From the NCBI GenBank assembly GCA_002869385.1, contig PKTB01000007.1, forward strand, positions 80,729-144,728: a DNA stretch of 64,000 nt. The letters are read 5' to 3'. Position 1 is the stretch's first letter, and every line of letters starts with the position of its first letter. The notes beneath the pieces are model-generated. The model had not been told where the DNA came from and did no database searches. It was given only the letters and a program-made list of their open reading frames with translations. This document shows positions 10,995 through 19,863 of this stretch, piece by piece. Source of the stretch: Marinilabiliales bacterium. Lineage in GTDB: Bacteria > Bacteroidota > Bacteroidia > Bacteroidales > ML635J-15. The translations under genes and the position numbers were made by a program.

Positions 10995-11462
10995 TTACTG
11001 AAGTGCAATTCCCATTTTCATTTTTTCCTCATTAGAAAAACTTATTTCTTTTTCACATTTATAATATGCAACTAGATAGCTAATTGAAGGATGGTAATAT
11101 GTCTTATCAATAGTCTTGTCATTGTTTTTAGTTTCTGCATAAATCAATTTTCCATTATTAATGTAATAGTTAGTCGTTTCATTTTTATTTTCGTCCCTTA
11201 ACTGTACAATTTTAATTTCTTTTTCTTTTTTAAATACACATTGATTTATATTGCTAGTTTGAATTTTACTATTTATCAAGTTATCTGTTTCACATATTAT
11301 TTTGCGATAAGTATACCTTTCATTTTGTATTTCTAACACAATGTTATCTATCAAATCTATCAACTGTTCTTTACTTTGACTTTGCAATTCTGTATTTTGC
11401 CCAAATACACTTGTTATTGGTGATACAAATATTACAAATGCAAATAAAAATAGCTTTTTCAT
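10995..11462 (-). CDS. Hypothetical secreted protein (array block 1)
   Basis: It has a signal peptide (MKKLFLFAFVIFVSPITSVFGQ). No family was recognised. Confidence 0.45.
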   Translation of the reverse strand: MKKLFLFAFVIFVSPITSVFGQNTELQSQSKEQLIDLIDNIVLEIQNERYTYRKIICETDNLINSKIQTSNINQCVFKKEKEIKIVQLRDENKNETTNYYINNGKLIYAETKNNDKTIDKTYYHPSISYLVAYYKCEKEISFSNEEKMKMGIALQ

Positions 11463-11761
11463 AGTTTATATAGTTTGGTCTTAGTATAATTAACGCAATT
11501 TTAGTTATATTATTATCTAGGAACGTAGATGCAATATATCACTTGTAATAGAAATTCAAACTCACTAGATTCTAATCACATTTTTATTTAACGATGAACG
11601 AAAGTTAGACGACTAAACGTTACGATCTTTCTCAAATGGTAAATAGGTGTTGTTCCTACTGGACACTTTATGTCTCAGTAAAAAATGAACTATCATTGGA
11701 ATTTTTTTGCTGATAATTGAATTGAGTCTAAATTGTCAAACTTCAAACTAAATAAATATTG

Positions 11762-12229
11762 CTATAAAGACTTTGGCCTATATTTTTTCAAATATTCATC
11801 TAGCTTTAAGATTAACTTTAAATTAAGTCTCTTAAGTTTTTTTTCGTTTTTCTCATTCTGTATTTTTTTTGAAATCGTGTGTATCTTATAAATTTCATTA
11901 TAAATTTCAGGATAATTTGTTCCACCAATATCGTAAGTTGTGTATGAATATGTGGAAGCATCATAAATTGCCATTTCTTGTCCAACGTACTCTGCATTAG
12001 AATGGATAAACCATAAAATGTTTGAACATTCCTTCTCAAGTTCTGAAAGGTGCTCAACGTCCTCAATATCAATAGTCTTATAATTATTATAATTCTCTGA
12101 TAAGAAAACATAAAATTTATTTAAATCTGTTTTAGAAATGAGAGTATCTTGATTAAGTGATTTTGCGTCATTTTGAGCAAAAAGACACAATGTTGACATT
12201 GTAAATAGTAGTGTTATTACATGTTTCAT
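11762..12229 (-). CDS. Hypothetical secreted protein (array block 2)
   Basis: It has a signal peptide (MKHVITLLFTMSTLCLFAQ). No family was recognised. Confidence 0.45.
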   Translation of the reverse strand: MKHVITLLFTMSTLCLFAQNDAKSLNQDTLISKTDLNKFYVFLSENYNNYKTIDIEDVEHLSELEKECSNILWFIHSNAEYVGQEMAIYDASTYSYTTYDIGGTNYPEIYNEIYKIHTISKKIQNEKNEKKLKRLNLKLILKLDEYLKKYRPKSL

Positions 12230-12359
12230 AATATATGTTTTTAGTTTTTTTATCTCTAATAAGGGTCTTCAATTTTCTTTACGTATTTTATTATTTATTG
12301 TTGGGTAGTTTCAAAGAAATAACATTTGGAATTGCAAAGCTTTTCAGCCGGGCTGTTTT

Positions 12360-12923
12360 TTATTCTTCCTGTTCTCTACTATCGAATAAGCTAATTGCTT
12401 TCAAATATTTTTCACCACCAGTTTTGGTCATATCGTATATGAATCCTTCTAGATCTGGGTGCTCAACATTTATCCACTCGACAAGAGAATCCCTTTTATT
12501 AACCCACACATTCCAGTCAACATTAACACTTTCTAATATTTCGATTTCATAAATTCTATTCTCTTTATAGAAAACCTTTTGTTTAGTTATCATTGGATTG
12601 TTACCAAGGAATTCGAAACGTTTTGAATAAGTTGATATAGTTAACAAAACATTATTTTCACTTGAAGATATTTCTAATATTTTTATTTCTGGATTAAATA
12701 CGGAATCCCATTGATAGTATTGATGGAACTCTTCTAAGGAATATGTTTTTTTATAGTCGCCATCAACGATTGAAATGCTATCAGAAAGGTATGGTATAAT
12801 ATATTCATATTTCTTTTTTGCATAGTCATTAAAATAATTTTCTGTAATTCTTATATAATCGCTTTGTTTACATGATATGAAGAATATTATTAGAATTATT
12901 AATATTTTATGATTTTTAATCAT
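12360..12923 (-). CDS. Hypothetical lipoprotein (array block 3)
   Basis: It has a signal peptide with a lipobox (FFISC). No family was recognised. Confidence 0.45.
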   Translation of the reverse strand: MIKNHKILIILIIFFISCKQSDYIRITENYFNDYAKKKYEYIIPYLSDSISIVDGDYKKTYSLEEFHQYYQWDSVFNPEIKILEISSSENNVLLTISTYSKRFEFLGNNPMITKQKVFYKENRIYEIEILESVNVDWNVWVNKRDSLVEWINVEHPDLEGFIYDMTKTGGEKYLKAISLFDSREQEE

Positions 12924-13145
12924 ACTATATGTGTTAGTTAGGTATTTGAAATCTGTTTTAGCGTCTATTTTAAATTCTGACTAATGGTAAAGTTAAGTCG
13001 CTGTATTATAATATTTTATTGTTTTCATAAAATGATGTAATTATTAATGTTTTTTCGCCCTTTTTCGTAAGCAAAAGAATTTAATAAGATTCGGATAAAT
13101 AGATAAATTAATTCACATCTATTGGGGAGAATCTTATGCGTTGAA

Positions 13146-13330
13146 TTGCCCATTACGGTTCGCTCACCTTTGCGATGTTTTGGTAAAGATAAATGAAATT
13201 TATCTTTTATCCAAAATTACGTAAAGGCGCCTGCCGTACTCCGTCCCTCTGAGACTACATACAACAGGCGCCGTAAGGTGAGCGAACCGTTGCTCCGCAG
13301 AGCGTAGGGCTTGCGGAGCAACGGTTTTGC
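13146..13330. repeat. Structured repeat, family A copy 1: nested long inverted repeats
   Basis: There are 15-bp perfect arms, CGGTTCGCTCACCTT (13156-13170) and AAGGTGAGCGAACCG (13275-13289). A 13-bp perfect hairpin has arms at 13287-13299 and 13312-13324. The inner IR is GGCGCCTG/CAGGCGCC. The core is about 85-90% identical to 15331-15490. Confidence 0.85.
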
Positions 13331-13414
13331 AATATGGAAAGTTGGGAATTTTAGAACGCGTTTGTATCCACAGATAGCTAAGCTAATTTGGAAACAAAAG
13401 TTGACGTAACCTAC

Positions 13415-14434
13415 TCAGCCCCAATTTTTTATATTGCATGTTAGCGGCTGGGTTTCATTCAATTTAACAATTGGGTCAACCTTATCCTTTGTTCCCTCAA
13501 TTTGCTCTGCTGCTGCTTTACAACCACCTTTACACTTATCATATTTTTCACAATCATTACAATAATCAGGAATACTTGAAATCCAGCTTAATGAATAGTC
13601 TGAATACAACATATCCTCAAATGAATCATTATAAATATTGCCTAAATTTATCATAGAATGATTGCATAACCTAAAATTACCTTTATAATCTACTGTAAGA
13701 GGTTTCATTTTGGAATCATCTGGACACAGTCCAAAGTGAATGTTTGAATAATCACTTGGATTTATAATACAATGTGGAGTACAAACATTTGAAGTAATTA
13801 TCAATCCATATTTTGCTGCAAGATTATCAATAATATTATATCCTTTTCGTAACTCATTGTGGTTTAAAGTTAACTCTTTATAATGTGGATTATTACTCAA
13901 GTTATATCTATTGACAATTATGGTATTAAGATTATTCTCTTTAAGGAATAAAAATGTGTCCTGTATGGTTGATAGGTTATATTTTGTAAGTATTACTGTT
14001 GGTATAATTCTTCCATTATTTGCTAGAATTAATTTAATATTCTTTAATACATTTTTAAGGTATCCCTCTTTGCCTGACAGGAAATCATAGACTTTTTGAT
14101 TTATTGAATTTAATGTTATTTGAAAATCAACTCCAAAATTTATTAACTCCTTGTATTTATTGTCATTATTGATTGTAGCATTCGTTATTACAGCAACCTT
14201 TGAACCATTTATTTTTGCATGTAATATACATTCAATTAATAAATCTGAAAGCAAAGGTTCGCCACCAGAAATTGTAAGCTGTTTAATTTTAGCTTTGCTA
14301 TACAATTTTTTAATTGTATTAATTGACCGAGAAGAATCTGAATTACCTAGAATAGTTGAATTATAACAATACTTGCATTTTAAATTGCAACTATGGGTAA
14401 TCTCAAAGTTTATATTAAAAAACTGGCTTTTCAT
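13415..14434 (-). CDS. Radical SAM enzyme with a C-terminal SPASM-type Cys cluster
   Basis: The CX3CX2C motif lies in ITHSCNLKCKYCYN. The C-terminal cluster is CNDCEKYDKCKGGCKAAA. Confidence 0.8.
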   Translation of the reverse strand: MKSQFFNINFEITHSCNLKCKYCYNSTILGNSDSSRSINTIKKLYSKAKIKQLTISGGEPLLSDLLIECILHAKINGSKVAVITNATINNDNKYKELINFGVDFQITLNSINQKVYDFLSGKEGYLKNVLKNIKLILANNGRIIPTVILTKYNLSTIQDTFLFLKENNLNTIIVNRYNLSNNPHYKELTLNHNELRKGYNIIDNLAAKYGLIITSNVCTPHCIINPSDYSNIHFGLCPDDSKMKPLTVDYKGNFRLCNHSMINLGNIYNDSFEDMLYSDYSLSWISSIPDYCNDCEKYDKCKGGCKAAAEQIEGTKDKVDPIVKLNETQPLTCNIKNWG

Positions 14435-15003
14435 TCTTTCGGGAGCCTAAAGTGAATTACAATAGTTTTATTCATAATTGTCTTCTTAAAATTTTTGCGG
14501 CCAGGTTTAAATGGTGGCATTAAACTAACTAATCTTAAAGCTTCTTCATCTAAACCGTATCCTTTGCTTTTAAGAATACTTGATTCCATAATATTCCCAT
14601 CCTCATCTATTGTTAAGTTTATAGCAACATTTCCAGATATTTTATTCTCTAAAGCAGATTCTGGATATATAATGTTTTCACGTACAAACTTATTTAGAGC
14701 AATCTGACCTCCTTTAAATCTTGGGTTTTTTTCCCAATTATCATTATCAACAATAACTACTTCATAACACATAGTTACTAAATCCTCTTCCATTTCAACA
14801 TCAATAGTCAGTGTGTAAATTTTACTTGAATCATTTGGGAAATCAACCTTTTGTGCATGTAATGTTTTATTACTTAGAAGTCCAATACCAACTATTATTT
14901 TGAGTTTTACAAGAAAAGGAATTCTAATTCTATCAGTAAGGCTGAATAAAATAGAATACACTAATGAATATATTGATATCTTAATGTTTCTTAGTTTTCT
15001 CAT
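14431..15003 (-). CDS. TonB C-terminal-domain protein (membrane anchored)
   Basis: An N-terminal hydrophobic segment is followed by a TonB_C-like region: PRFKGGQIALNKFVRENIIYPESALENKISGNVAINLTIDEDGNI...LMPPFKPG. An ATGA overlap couples it to the radical SAM gene. Confidence 0.65.
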   Translation of the reverse strand: MRKLRNIKISIYSLVYSILFSLTDRIRIPFLVKLKIIVGIGLLSNKTLHAQKVDFPNDSSKIYTLTIDVEMEEDLVTMCYEVVIVDNDNWEKNPRFKGGQIALNKFVRENIIYPESALENKISGNVAINLTIDEDGNIMESSILKSKGYGLDEEALRLVSLMPPFKPGRKNFKKTIMNKTIVIHFRLPKE

Positions 15004-15289
15004 TTTTCTTGTTTTCTCTAGTAATAAATATTTCTTTTTTCTTTAATCCAATAAGTGAAAATTCTAATTTAAATTCAACTAAAGAATCTGGAATAGAAAT
15101 CTCATAATATCCATTTTTATCTGAGATTGTCCCACCGATATATTTATCATTGTGAACGATTACTACATTTACTCCAATTAAACTTTCTCCGTAAACATCA
15201 TTAACATTTCCTTTTATAATATCCTTCTTGTTTTGACAGTATAAATTACCACAAATCAAAAGAATAAATATAATCAAAATCGTTTTCAT
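14981..15289 (-). CDS. Small secreted CarboxypepD_reg-like domain protein
   Basis: It has a signal peptide and then IKGNVNDVYGESLIGVNVVI...GTISDKNGYYEISIP. It overlaps the next gene by 23 nt. Confidence 0.5.
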   Translation of the reverse strand: MKTILIIFILLICGNLYCQNKKDIIKGNVNDVYGESLIGVNVVIVHNDKYIGGTISDKNGYYEISIPDSLVEFKLEFSLIGLKKKEIFITRENKKNEKTKKH

Positions 15290-15330
15290 TATCAGCTAAA
15301 TTTTTGGTATATTGGTGTTGTCATAACCTT

Positions 15331-15490
15331 GCCGCTAACTGTTCGCTCGCCTTGGCGATGTTTTGGTAAAGATAAATGAAATTTATCTTCTATCCAAAAT
15401 GTGGTAAAGGCGGCTGTTGTACGTAGTCCCAGAGGGACGGATTACGGCAGGCATCGTAAGGATTGCGGAGCAACGGTCTGCGGCATGAAA
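15331..15490. repeat. Structured repeat, family A copy 2
   Basis: It shares GTTCGCTC.CCTT.GCGATGTTTTGGTAAAGATAAATGAAATTTATCTT.TATCCAAAAT...GTAAAGGCG and TTGCGGAGCAACGG with copy 1. The 37-bp middle segment (15414-15450) is the reverse complement of 13231-13267. Confidence 0.85.
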
Positions 15491-15612
15491 CGTTGCGCAT
15501 TACAAAGCACAAACCTATCAAGCCAAGAAGCCGTTGATTAATTGCTATGTCGTTTAGATTTAGCACTATCTGCGCAATGTTTTATGACAGCTTGTTGTGC
15601 CCAGTATTTCAC

Positions 15613-16332
15613 TCAGAATCTGTAGTTTAATCCAATTCCTAGATTCAAATAGCTATAAGGTAAATTTCTGTCTGTATTCGTAAATTTATACATTAAAGTT
15701 CCTCCAAGTTTTACAATAATTTTTAATCTATGTCCTCCAAATCGTATAAATCCAACTGGCTCAAGCAAAATACTTTCGTCATGATAAGTCTTAAATGGTC
15801 CCGTTTCCGAAGTCCAGCCATAATAATTCCTGTCTGTTAGATTTGAATGAAGGTAACCAGCTTTTATTACAAATCCAGTCTCAAAGTTTGAAGAATTACT
15901 TGAAATCTTCCCGAAATTTGCTTGTCCAAAATATAGTTGATAATCACCTAATAGATTTCCTGGATTCACATCTTTGTAGGCGTTTCCGTATCCATAGCCA
16001 AATCCACCATAAAGTTCAAAAACCTTGCTGTATTCTTTATTCTTGTATAATCCAGTCGCTGCTTGAAAATAATATCTATCATCTGCTCCAATACTCCCAA
16101 ATCCTTGAATTGCTAACTTATCAGTCAGTCCGTATGAAACGGTCGCATTAGCAGAAGGAACAAGCGAAATTCCTGCATCAATTCTCAAATCGTTTTTTTC
16201 GCTAATCAACGGAATATCAGTTGTCATAGGATGATAAACTATACAACTTGACATCATAAACGAAATCAAGAGTCCAAAGATTATTAATCTATTTTTCATA
16301 GTTCGAAGGGTTTTTCTCATATTGCGCACCAT
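15613..16332 (-). CDS. Outer-membrane beta-barrel protein (array block 5)
   Basis: It has a signal peptide/lipobox and alternating aromatic/Gly-rich strands. It ends in the canonical OMP terminus ...GIGLNYRF, followed by TGA. Confidence 0.6.
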   Translation of the reverse strand: MVRNMRKTLRTMKNRLIIFGLLISFMMSSCIVYHPMTTDIPLISEKNDLRIDAGISLVPSANATVSYGLTDKLAIQGFGSIGADDRYYFQAATGLYKNKEYSKVFELYGGFGYGYGNAYKDVNPGNLLGDYQLYFGQANFGKISSNSSNFETGFVIKAGYLHSNLTDRNYYGWTSETGPFKTYHDESILLEPVGFIRFGGHRLKIIVKLGGTLMYKFTNTDRNLPYSYLNLGIGLNYRF

Positions 16333-16392
16333 CGATCTGCAGAGCGTAGGGATTGTCTTGTCCTGAAATATGACTGCAGGTTAAACATATGA

Positions 16393-16566
16393 TTAAGCTC
16401 TGTATTTAAACACCATATTTGGGGTTTTATACTTCAAAGATAAGTAAAATCTTTTATTATATATGTTGATAGCATTTTTTAAGCTAAAGAAGCATTGGTC
16501 AAAATATAATTCATCTTTCAATATACCGTTAACACGTTCATCAATATCATTTTCACAACTATGTTT
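16393..16566 (-). mobile_element. Remnant of the 3' end of an IS3-family (rve/DDE) transposase gene
   Basis: The translation is KHSCENDIDERVNGILKDELYFDQCFFSLKNAINIYNKRFYLSLKYKTPNMVFKYRA*. This matches the characteristic C-terminal ERxNGxLKxE...YNxxRxHxSLxYxTP region. No upstream part of the transposase is present. Confidence 0.55.
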
Positions 16567-16605
16567 CATCTGTCATACCTATTTTAATATCGCTTGTTAA
16601 TTCAT

Positions 16606-18051
16606 TTACAATTTCACTACTCTATAAATAGCTCTACTATTATTAGATAAAAGCTCCATAAAATAGACTCCTTTACTACCTACAATGTCAAGTATAATTG
16701 TGCTGTTATCAATAGAATATATGCTTTTAAATAATTTACCTGTAATGTCGCGCACATTAATTTTAATTATATTATTATCTGATTTTGATGTTATTGTTAT
16801 TTTTCCAGTAGTAGGATTAGGATAAAACTCTATGTTTTGACTAAATTTATAGTCTGCATAATTCTCAATTACTTTCATATCTGATAGATTCGGACGATAA
16901 TAATGCAATACATATTGCATTACTGCTGCTTTACCAACCGTGAAAGAGTTTTGACAATTCCCACTAGAATAATCCATATAGTTTTCAACCATATCTGGTA
17001 AGTCTATTCCGTAAATATCATCTAAGCAAGTGTTTCGAGTTTTATTGCAGTTGTACTGACTTGCAGCATCACTGCCAGGCGTATCATACACAAAATCATC
17101 AAAGCTACAATCCCCATCACCCCACGTATGGCGTAAACCTAAAAAATGTCCTATTTCATGCACAAGCATTTTCCCAGTTGTCACAAGTCAATTGTATACA
17201 TTATACGGTGAAGGAAACGAATTTGGATTATTGGCGCCGATATTTATGTAATGCAGTAATACCCCTTGCTCATATATGTTAACAACATCTAATAATGAAT
17301 CTGGCCAATTGTGATGGTCCATCGGAGGTGTTGATAATCCGAAATATACTAATTCTTTAAAATTGTCAAAGTTAGGCTCTAAGATTCTTAAATCTCCTAT
17401 CCAAACATTTAAGTAATTTTCAGTATCCCAAGGACTAATACCTCCAGAAGTATCTTGGGTAATACGGAATAGATTATAGAATAAACTATCATTAACCCAA
17501 TCAGTGATTTCTTGATCTTGACCAGATGAATAAGGCAAAATGCCACCGAAAAACTCAACATCTGAATATGTTCTCGTTATTCCTGTTGTTGGATTTCCAA
17601 ATGGATCAGTTTCTGCAAGTGCAAACTCTATTTTAGTATCACTGACAATGTTTTGAAATAAAGTTCTGGTGTTTGTTGTGTCAGTATTTGTTCGCCTATA
17701 ACAATCGTTTAAAACTTCAATTTGATTATGAATTACTGAGTCTGGAATATTTTCATCACTATTGTTATAAACTATGTGAAATACTACGGGAATGACATTT
17801 ATGCTATCAGTTGTTTTTGTAATATTTTGAATAGACAAAAGATTTTCAATATATTGCATTGATTGGTTTGATAAGTCTAAATACCCAGATTTCTTACTAT
17901 CTAAGTACTTCATGAAATCGTAGCTACCACAACCTATTGTGAAATTAGTTGATGGTTGTATATTATGCTTACTTTGCATAACTAATCCTTGAGCCTGGGC
18001 TTGGGTAAACAGTATCGTAAGAATAACAATTAAGAATCCATTATATTTCAT
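16606..18051 (-). CDS. M43-family (pappalysin/cytophagalysin-like) zinc metallopeptidase with T9SS CTD. It is interrupted by an in-frame TGA at 17188-17190.
   Basis: This is one 482-codon frame. The sequence ...SPYNVYN*LVTTGKMLVHEIGHFLGLRHTWGDGDC carries the HExxHxxGxxH motif. The tail is IEFYPNPTTGKITITS...GVYFMELL. Confidence 0.75.
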
Positions 18052-18342
18052 AAATAAGTATATTTTAAAGTTTTAAGAATGATACTTTGATTTTGTTATA
18101 CGTAATTTATTTTATATTGTTATGAAGCTTTAGCAATTGTTTGTTGAGTTGCTATCTGTTAGCCTGTTTGCCAACGATAAATTGTATATTTTCAGGGCGA
18201 TGGTACTTTCCTGTTAGACTGGGAGACCGCCAGGGCAGACAACAAACCTTAAAATAAGCACTTTCGACCGCCCTGAAATATGCAAAATGTTGTGCACTGG
18301 CTTTCATTATAATTTTATTACATCAATACTTTTGTCAATTAA

Positions 18343-19086
18343 TTACCTAAGCCTTTCAAGTTTCTGTGTGTTTTTAATCTCGTAATGCACTGGGATTACT
18401 ATTCGAGGTTTTATTTGTTGATTATTTGAGCGGCTTCATCTTCATTCAATGTCAGATTATCTCCACCGATTGCTATCAAAGTTAAATAAATGTCTGATAT
18501 TTTATCTATTTCGGGGATGTAATCTGTATCTCCTGTATGATAAATATTAAGTGAGTGGTTTACTGTTAAAGTAAAGCCAGTATTTTCTTTCCTCTTCGGG
18601 TGAGCTTTTAGTCAAAGGAATAAGCTTTTTGTATTGTAAGCAGGTACAGCCTCTATTTGAAAATCATTGAACGATAATGTGTCGTTTGGTTTTGCAACTA
18701 TTATTTCTGTTCCTGTTTTTTTTAGTGTTTTTAAGGCTCCTTTGGAACATTTAATCTTTGTGTCTAACTTTTTAAGCTTGGTAATATCATTCATTGAAAG
18801 GTGTTCAGGATGACTGTAGGTTATCAGGATATAGTCAGCTTTATCAGCATTTGTGCCCACTTCAACGGGATCAATGTATACAACCAAGCTGTCTGTTTTT
18901 AGCTGAAAACTTGACGGAATAAAACCAGATTTACTAATTCTTATTGCCCCCCCAAGTTTTTAAAATAACATTGTTTTCAAGTTCGACTGTCATATGAAGC
19001 GGACTTCTTTTCTCACTAATTGATAATTTAATCATATTACAACTTTGAATTATTAAATAAACTATTGCAATTAAGATGTTTTTCAT
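18343..19086 (-). pseudogene. MBL-fold metallo-hydrolase lipoprotein gene with two frameshifts and one in-frame TGA
   Basis: The signal peptide MKNILIAIVYLIIQSC is followed by a frame change at the C7/G7 run (18947-18953). The middle segment contains YIDPVEV...ILITYSHPEHL. TGA lies at 18612-18614, and the same frame then continues with LKAHPKRKENTGF...IYHTGDTDY...LIAIGG. A second frame change near 18410-18416 precedes ...KPRIVIPVHYEI. Confidence 0.6.
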
Positions 19087-19104
19087 TGTTATTTCGACTT
19101 GTTT

Positions 19105-19262
19105 TGCCTGTGTACGGTCGCAGCTATGTACCGTGCGGGACAGTAGTCCCGAAACCACGGTCGTATTAGCTGCGATACCAAATTTTTTTATTTTTTTTTA
19201 TTTTCTCATTTTACTAAAGCCAAAGTATAAAACTTGGCGGTGATTCGGAAAAGCGACTGCCT
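19105..19262. repeat. Structured repeat, family B copy 1
   Basis: A nested hairpin spans 19116-19175: GGTCGCAGCTA..ACCGTG-CGGGAC-AGTA-GTCCCG-AAAC-CACGGT..TAGCTGCGA. It is followed by an AT-rich linker and then TAAAGCCAAAGTATAAAACTTGGCGGTGATTCGGAAAAGCGACTGCC (19215-19261). Confidence 0.7.
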
Positions 19263-19336
19263 TGATTTAACTTAAATCCCTCGAATGGTATAAAGGTGTC
19301 ATGAAGTGCTTGCTTTGTATTATTTATAACTTAGTA

Positions 19337-19663
19337 TTAATCCTTGCTAATCTCCAAAAAATTAAAATAATCTTTAAAGTGAACCATTAATACTTCTACA
19401 AATCGCCCTAAAATATATCCTTGAATCTCTTCAGCTGGTTCTTCGTTCTTTTTCCACCATTTTACTACAAATGACACATAATCATCGTAAACAAATGGCT
19501 TAAGCATTGATTTTTCATCCCATTGCTCTGGTATATGTGAATACAAAACTTCTTTTTTATCATTATGTACTATACGCCAAGTTTTTAAATTGTCATCTTT
19601 AATAGCTTTATTAATAGCATTAACCAATTTTTGAGGATTTTTTGAGTTTGCTTTTATTTTCAT
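19337..19663 (-). CDS. Hypothetical small cytoplasmic protein (array block 8)
   Basis: The ORF is 108 aa with no signal peptide. No family was recognised. Confidence 0.4.
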   Translation of the reverse strand: MKIKANSKNPQKLVNAINKAIKDDNLKTWRIVHNDKKEVLYSHIPEQWDEKSMLKPFVYDDYVSFVVKWWKKNEEPAEEIQGYILGRFVEVLMVHFKDYFNFLEISKD

Positions 19664-19863
19664 AATTATTTATTTTTATTCTATAAATACCAAATTATTA
19701 ATTTGGTGAGGCAGAGTTTTATTGTATTAATATTTTTTCAGTACTATCTTTACAATATCTATCACTTTTTAAAATATCATTTTCCCAAACAGTGATGAGA
19801 TTCGACCTGTCGAATCCGCACAAACCCAGCCATGTCTTATACCTATGTTAGAGTTTCTTTTTT

